A DNA stretch of 36,805 bases from a virus. Lineage: Duplodnaviria; Caudoviricetes. The stretch is from IMG/VR virus record IMGVR_UViG_3300032295_001223, positions 1 to 36,805 of that record, one strand, 5' to 3'. Of the stretch, positions 33,780 to 36,805 are shown in pieces; position 1 is the first letter of the stretch; every line of letters starts with the position of its first letter. The position numbers and the translations under genes were made by a program. The notes under the pieces were generated by a model that saw nothing but the letters and a program-made list of their open reading frames with translations, was not told the DNA's origin and did not search any database.

Positions 33780-34124
33780 TATTATGGTTTGTTGTGTTGA
33801 TTTGGTTCGCCATAAGAGACTAAACTTTAAATGGAATCGCCCGCAAAAAACAATGTTAATAACATATTATTAGACTTATAATAGAGAATACATATAATAC
33901 TAGTAGAGACAATGCTGTTCTCTTCGTTCACACACGTTTAACTTCGTTAAAGTGTACTAAATATAATGATTATAAGGGTTTGGTTGGGTTTTAACCCAGT
34001 TTCGTCCCAATATGTGGGATAGGAAGCGTTTCTCTTTGTATAGGGTAGTTAGACGCTCTAACTTGTCTTATACTTGTATTATACTTGTATTGTTCTTTAT
34101 TTATCCTTTAATTAACCCATAGAA

Positions 34125-34452
34125 TGAGAAAAGACCCAGAGGTTTCCCCCTGAGTCTTTCCCGCAACGAAGAGCTTGCTCAGCCCCGCAGTTAACCTGCC
34201 ATTACTATAATCAATGATAATCAGAGGCCTCCTTTCTTTTCAGTTAGGAAACCTAAGTTTCTTTTAATTATGTACCATCTGGATAAACCCAGATGTCTTC
34301 CAGTTTTCTCTCTGGTCGATTCTCCACCTAAGTGAGTCCAGAGTCTGAGCTTAGCGTTCTCGGAGGACTCTGAACCCACTCGGCAGTGGTAGATGATTCC
34401 CTCGATAGACGTTGGAACACAATCCGCAACCAACAATCTACATCATCTATGT
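34125..34452 (-). ncRNA. Candidate novel structured ncRNA (~330 nt)
   Basis: Has its own promoter, at least seven stems whose non-Watson-Crick pairs are G-U on the - strand, a terminal hairpin, and no RBS-led ATG ORF. Confidence 0.7.
34126..34162 (-). terminator. Terminal hairpin of the candidate ncRNA
   Basis: GGAAAGACUCAGGGG-GAAA-CCUCUGGGUCUUUUC: 15-bp stem with three G-U pairs and a GNRA loop. Confidence 0.75.
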
Positions 34453-34458
34453 ATATAT

Positions 34459-34487
34459 AGTATAGCATAATGAGATACTGTTAACAA
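34459..34487 (-). promoter_or_regulatory. Sigma70/SigA-type promoter of the candidate ncRNA
   Basis: TTGTTA-N17-TATACT with extended -10 (TGcTATACT). Confidence 0.75.
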
Positions 34488-34816
34488 CTATATTGATTCT
34501 TTTATTCGCCGGCATTGTTACTAATGTTAGGCTAGCCTTACACAATCAGTCGCCCGCAAAACAAACAAGCATATATGCTTACTTAGTACATAGTATATAC
34601 ATACATGCATAGAGAGAGTAGAGATTACATACAGATGCACATAGACACACACACGTACACATGCATACCCCATACCCCAGGGGGGGTACCACCCCTAAAT
34701 CTATAATAACTAACACCTATCATCTAGAACCAAACCATAAAAAACTATTATTAAAATCATTAGACCCCCGTACCCTATTTCCTTAGGGACTGTTCTAAAT
34801 TTTCACATCATATTTC

Positions 34817-34825
34817 TGATATACT
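34817..34825 (+). promoter_or_regulatory. Extended -10 promoter giving a leaderless HNH mRNA
   Basis: TGATATACT ends 6 nt before ATG 34832; no Shine-Dalgarno sequence. Confidence 0.65.
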
Positions 34826-34831
34826 AAATCC

Positions 34832-35152
34832 ATGCCAAAACAATACAAAAATCATTCTGAAAGATTATTATCAAAAGTTAAAGTTGACGATAAAGGCTGT
34901 TGGCTATGGACAGGTTCTAAAAACAGTAAAGGCTATGGACAAATCTTTTTAAATAAAAAATTGATTAAAGCTCATCGTTTAAGTTATGAAGTTTTTAAAG
35001 AACCAATTCCAGAAGGCATGTATGTCTGCCACAGCTGCGACATTAGTAATTGCATCAACCCCGACCATCTATGGGTTGGCACCCATACTGACAACATGCG
35101 AGATATGTCAAGTAAGGGCAGAGGAAACAATCGATTTACAAAATCTAAGTAA
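34832..35152 (+). CDS. HNH endonuclease (HNH_3 / zinc-binding loop homing endonuclease type)
   Basis: CWLWTG...GYG...AHRLSY...VCHSCD...CINPDHL..GTHTDNMRD. Confidence 0.92.
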   Translation: MPKQYKNHSERLLSKVKVDDKGCWLWTGSKNSKGYGQIFLNKKLIKAHRLSYEVFKEPIPEGMYVCHSCDISNCINPDHLWVGTHTDNMRDMSSKGRGNNRFTKSK

Positions 35153-35153
35153 T

Positions 35154-35179
35154 GTAATAGAAATTATATTATTATAGGA
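35154..35179 (+). promoter_or_regulatory. GTAA-N15-TATAGGA motif upstream of TerS
   Basis: GTAATAGAAATTATATTATTATAGGA. Confidence 0.7.
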
Positions 35180-35202
35180 CTTCACAATTATTTGGAACAA
35201 AC

Positions 35203-35655
35203 ATGGCCAGAACAGAACGCTTATTTTTAACACAAGAACAAGAAGAATACCTTGCCTGGCTATTGACTCCAGAAGACTCCCGTACTCCTTCTACAAAAAA
35301 GGCATGGTCCGAAGAACACGGCGTGCACTACAATACGCTAGGACAATGGGAGAAGAAAAAAAATTTCATCGAGAGATGGAAGCTAGGAGTAGAGGGTTTA
35401 AACTCATCTCCTGAAAGAACTCAAAAATTACTCGATGCATTGTATGTTAAAGGAATTTCCGGCGATGTTCGTAGTGCTGAGTTGTTTTTAAAGGCAACGG
35501 GTCACATGCAAAATGTATCAACCATCAATCTAAATAAAACTGAATCTGTTAAAGATTTGTCTGATGATGAGTTGCAAGCTTTAATTGTTGAAATGAGCCA
35601 AAAGGCTTTAAATAACAAATCAACAATGCCTAATATTATTATTGAGAAAGCATAA
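35203..35655 (+). CDS. Terminase small subunit-like HTH protein (phBC6A51-like)
   Basis: LTQEQ...HGVHYNTLGQWEKK..F HTH, GDVRSAELFL, and a C-terminal DLSDDEL motif. Confidence 0.75.
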   Translation: MARTERLFLTQEQEEYLAWLLTPEDSRTPSTKKAWSEEHGVHYNTLGQWEKKKNFIERWKLGVEGLNSSPERTQKLLDALYVKGISGDVRSAELFLKATGHMQNVSTINLNKTESVKDLSDDELQALIVEMSQKALNNKSTMPNIIIEKA

Positions 35656-35657
35656 CT

Positions 35658-35981
35658 ATGAGAGCAGTTTGGTCAGCACCAGGTAACAACACCTTGCAAG
35701 GAACTAATAATCAAACGTTAGTTCGTATTAATAATACGTTGAGCCGTGAATTGGCAATCTTACAAGACCAGTTGTTGCGCGGGCATCAGCAAGAAGATGT
35801 TGTAGATGGTGGATTAGCTTCGTCTATTCAATTCCACTACCTGATTAGTCCAACCTTTACTGACAACGGTGCTGTATTAACTACACCGTTATTCCATTTT
35901 GATGCTAATGAAGGCCAGACTGGCACTGCTAGTTGGGTCTTTGAGAATAGAAGAGATTTTGACAATAGGAGAGAAGTCTAA
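35658..35981 (+). CDS. Hypothetical virion-associated protein
   Basis: 107 aa between TerS and the fibre gene; contains VVDGG. Confidence 0.65.
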   Translation: MRAVWSAPGNNTLQGTNNQTLVRINNTLSRELAILQDQLLRGHQQEDVVDGGLASSIQFHYLISPTFTDNGAVLTTPLFHFDANEGQTGTASWVFENRRDFDNRREV

Positions 35982-36805
35982 ATGGCCGTTTTAATTCAGT
36001 TCCGTCGTGACACTGCTGCCAACTGGACAGCTGCTAATCCAATTTTGATGGCCGGCGAGCTTGCTATTGAATCAGATACAAATAAAATAAAAATCGGAAA
36101 CGGTACGACTAACTGGGTATCATTGCCTTATTTCACCCAAGGCGCAACTGGTGCTGCTGGACCAACAGGTCCGACAGGGCCAACAGGACCTACGGGACCC
36201 ACAGGAGCAACAGGTGCAACAGGTGCAGCCTCTACTGTAACGGGCCCTACTGGTGCAACAGGTGCTGTAGGACCGACAGGAGCCACAGGTGCTGTAGGCG
36301 CAACTGGAGCCACTGGTGCGACAGGTGCAACAGGTGCTAGCGGTGCTACAGGTGCCACAGGTGCAACAGGAGCCCAAGGCCCAACAGGTGCTACTGGCCC
36401 AACAGGTAATACTGGCGCAACGGGACCAACAAGATTTACTGTTTCTGATACTGCTCCATCTTCTCCTACTAATGGAGATGCTTGGTTTAACTCAACAACT
36501 GGTCAAACTTTTATTTGGTATGTTGATGTTGATGGTGGACAATGGGTTGAAGTAGGAAACTCTGCAGTTGGTCCTACGGGTCCAACAGGTGCAGCTGGCT
36601 CAGCAGGAGCAACAGGTGCCACTGGAGCAACAGGAGCAACAGGAGCTGCTTCTACTGTAACTGGTCCAACAGGCGCAACGGGAGCTACAGGTGCAACAGG
36701 TGCAACAGGTGCAACTGGAGCAGCCTCAACGGTAACTGGTCCCACAGGTGCTACAGGAGCCACTGGTGCTCAAGGTTCTACAGGTGCCACAGGTGCAACA
36801 GGAGC
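35982..36805 (+). CDS. Giant collagen-like fibre, 5' part, with Mtd_N/hyaluronidase-type N-terminal domain (absent from the ORF track because it runs off the end)
   Basis: AGGAG RBS; [50 protein letters not shown], then G-X-T triplets and a [17 protein letters not shown]...QWVE module. Confidence 0.9.
   Translation, partial: MAVLIQFRRDTAANWTAANPILMAGELAIESDTNKIKIGNGTTNWVSLPYFTQGATGAAGPTGPTGPTGPTGPTGATGATGAASTVTGPTGATGAVGPTGATGAVGATGATGATGATGASGATGATGATGAQGPTGATGPTGNTGATGPTRFTVSDTAPSSPTNGDAWFNSTTGQTFIWYVDVDGGQWVEVGNSAVGPTGPTGAAGSAGATGATGATGATGAASTVTGPTGATGATGATGATGATGAASTVTGPTGATGATGAQGSTGATGATG
36683..36805. repeat. 123-bp terminal direct repeat (copy 2)
   Basis: Identical to bases 1-123. 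Confidence 0.95.

Noticed and set aside
33985-34030. Hammerhead ribozyme (minus strand has stem-GACGAAAC-stem)
   Set aside because: The required CUGANGA core upstream of stem II is absent (it reads GCUUCCUA).
34360-34380. tRNA/tmRNA T-arm-like GGGTTCAGAGTCC
   Set aside because: The loop spacing is wrong, there is no cloverleaf or CCA acceptor end, and the segment pairs in a longer stem.
34221-34436. 71-aa minus-strand ORF
   Set aside because: TTG start without an SD, atypical composition, and it coincides with dense RNA stems; an ncRNA explains the region better, although a peptide is not excluded.
35982-36140. Diversity-generating retroelement suggested by the Mtd_N-type domain
   Set aside because: No reverse transcriptase and no adenine-specific TR/VR repeat pair were seen; this domain is a common fibre anchor.
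36683-36805. Terminal repeat as a biological DTR
   Set aside because: It falls mid-gene within collagen codons and keeps the frame; best explained as assembler overlap.

Overview
This window appears to be the complete, circularly assembled genome of a small AT-rich tailed dsDNA phage with podovirus-type architecture. Bases 36683-36805 repeat bases 1-123 exactly, giving a unit length of about 36,682 bp. The host is most plausibly an actinobacterium; this is inferred from the M15-type endolysin, the secreted lytic transglycosylase and a leaderless promoter. The + strand carries HNH, TerS, a ~1,984-aa Gly-X-Thr collagen fibre that runs across the window ends, accessory fibre genes, TerL, several small basic proteins, portal, scaffold, capsid, tail, ejection proteins, holin and SLT. 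A short - strand operon (33091 to 27515) holds a GT2-TPR-GT2 glycosyltransferase, a methyltransferase, RusA, a doubly frameshifted nuclease-like gene, the endolysin and a sigma region-4-like protein. I recognise no DNA polymerase, primase, helicase, initiator, integrase or repressor. The most striking unexplained element lies in the ~1 kb non-coding interval 33780-34830: a ~330-nt, heavily base-paired, strand-specific RNA with its own promoter (34452 to 34125, - strand). It points toward a hairpin-rich tract next to an OB-fold-like gene and is a candidate new phage ncRNA, possibly part of an RNA-primed origin. All calls come from reading motifs by eye; no searches were run.
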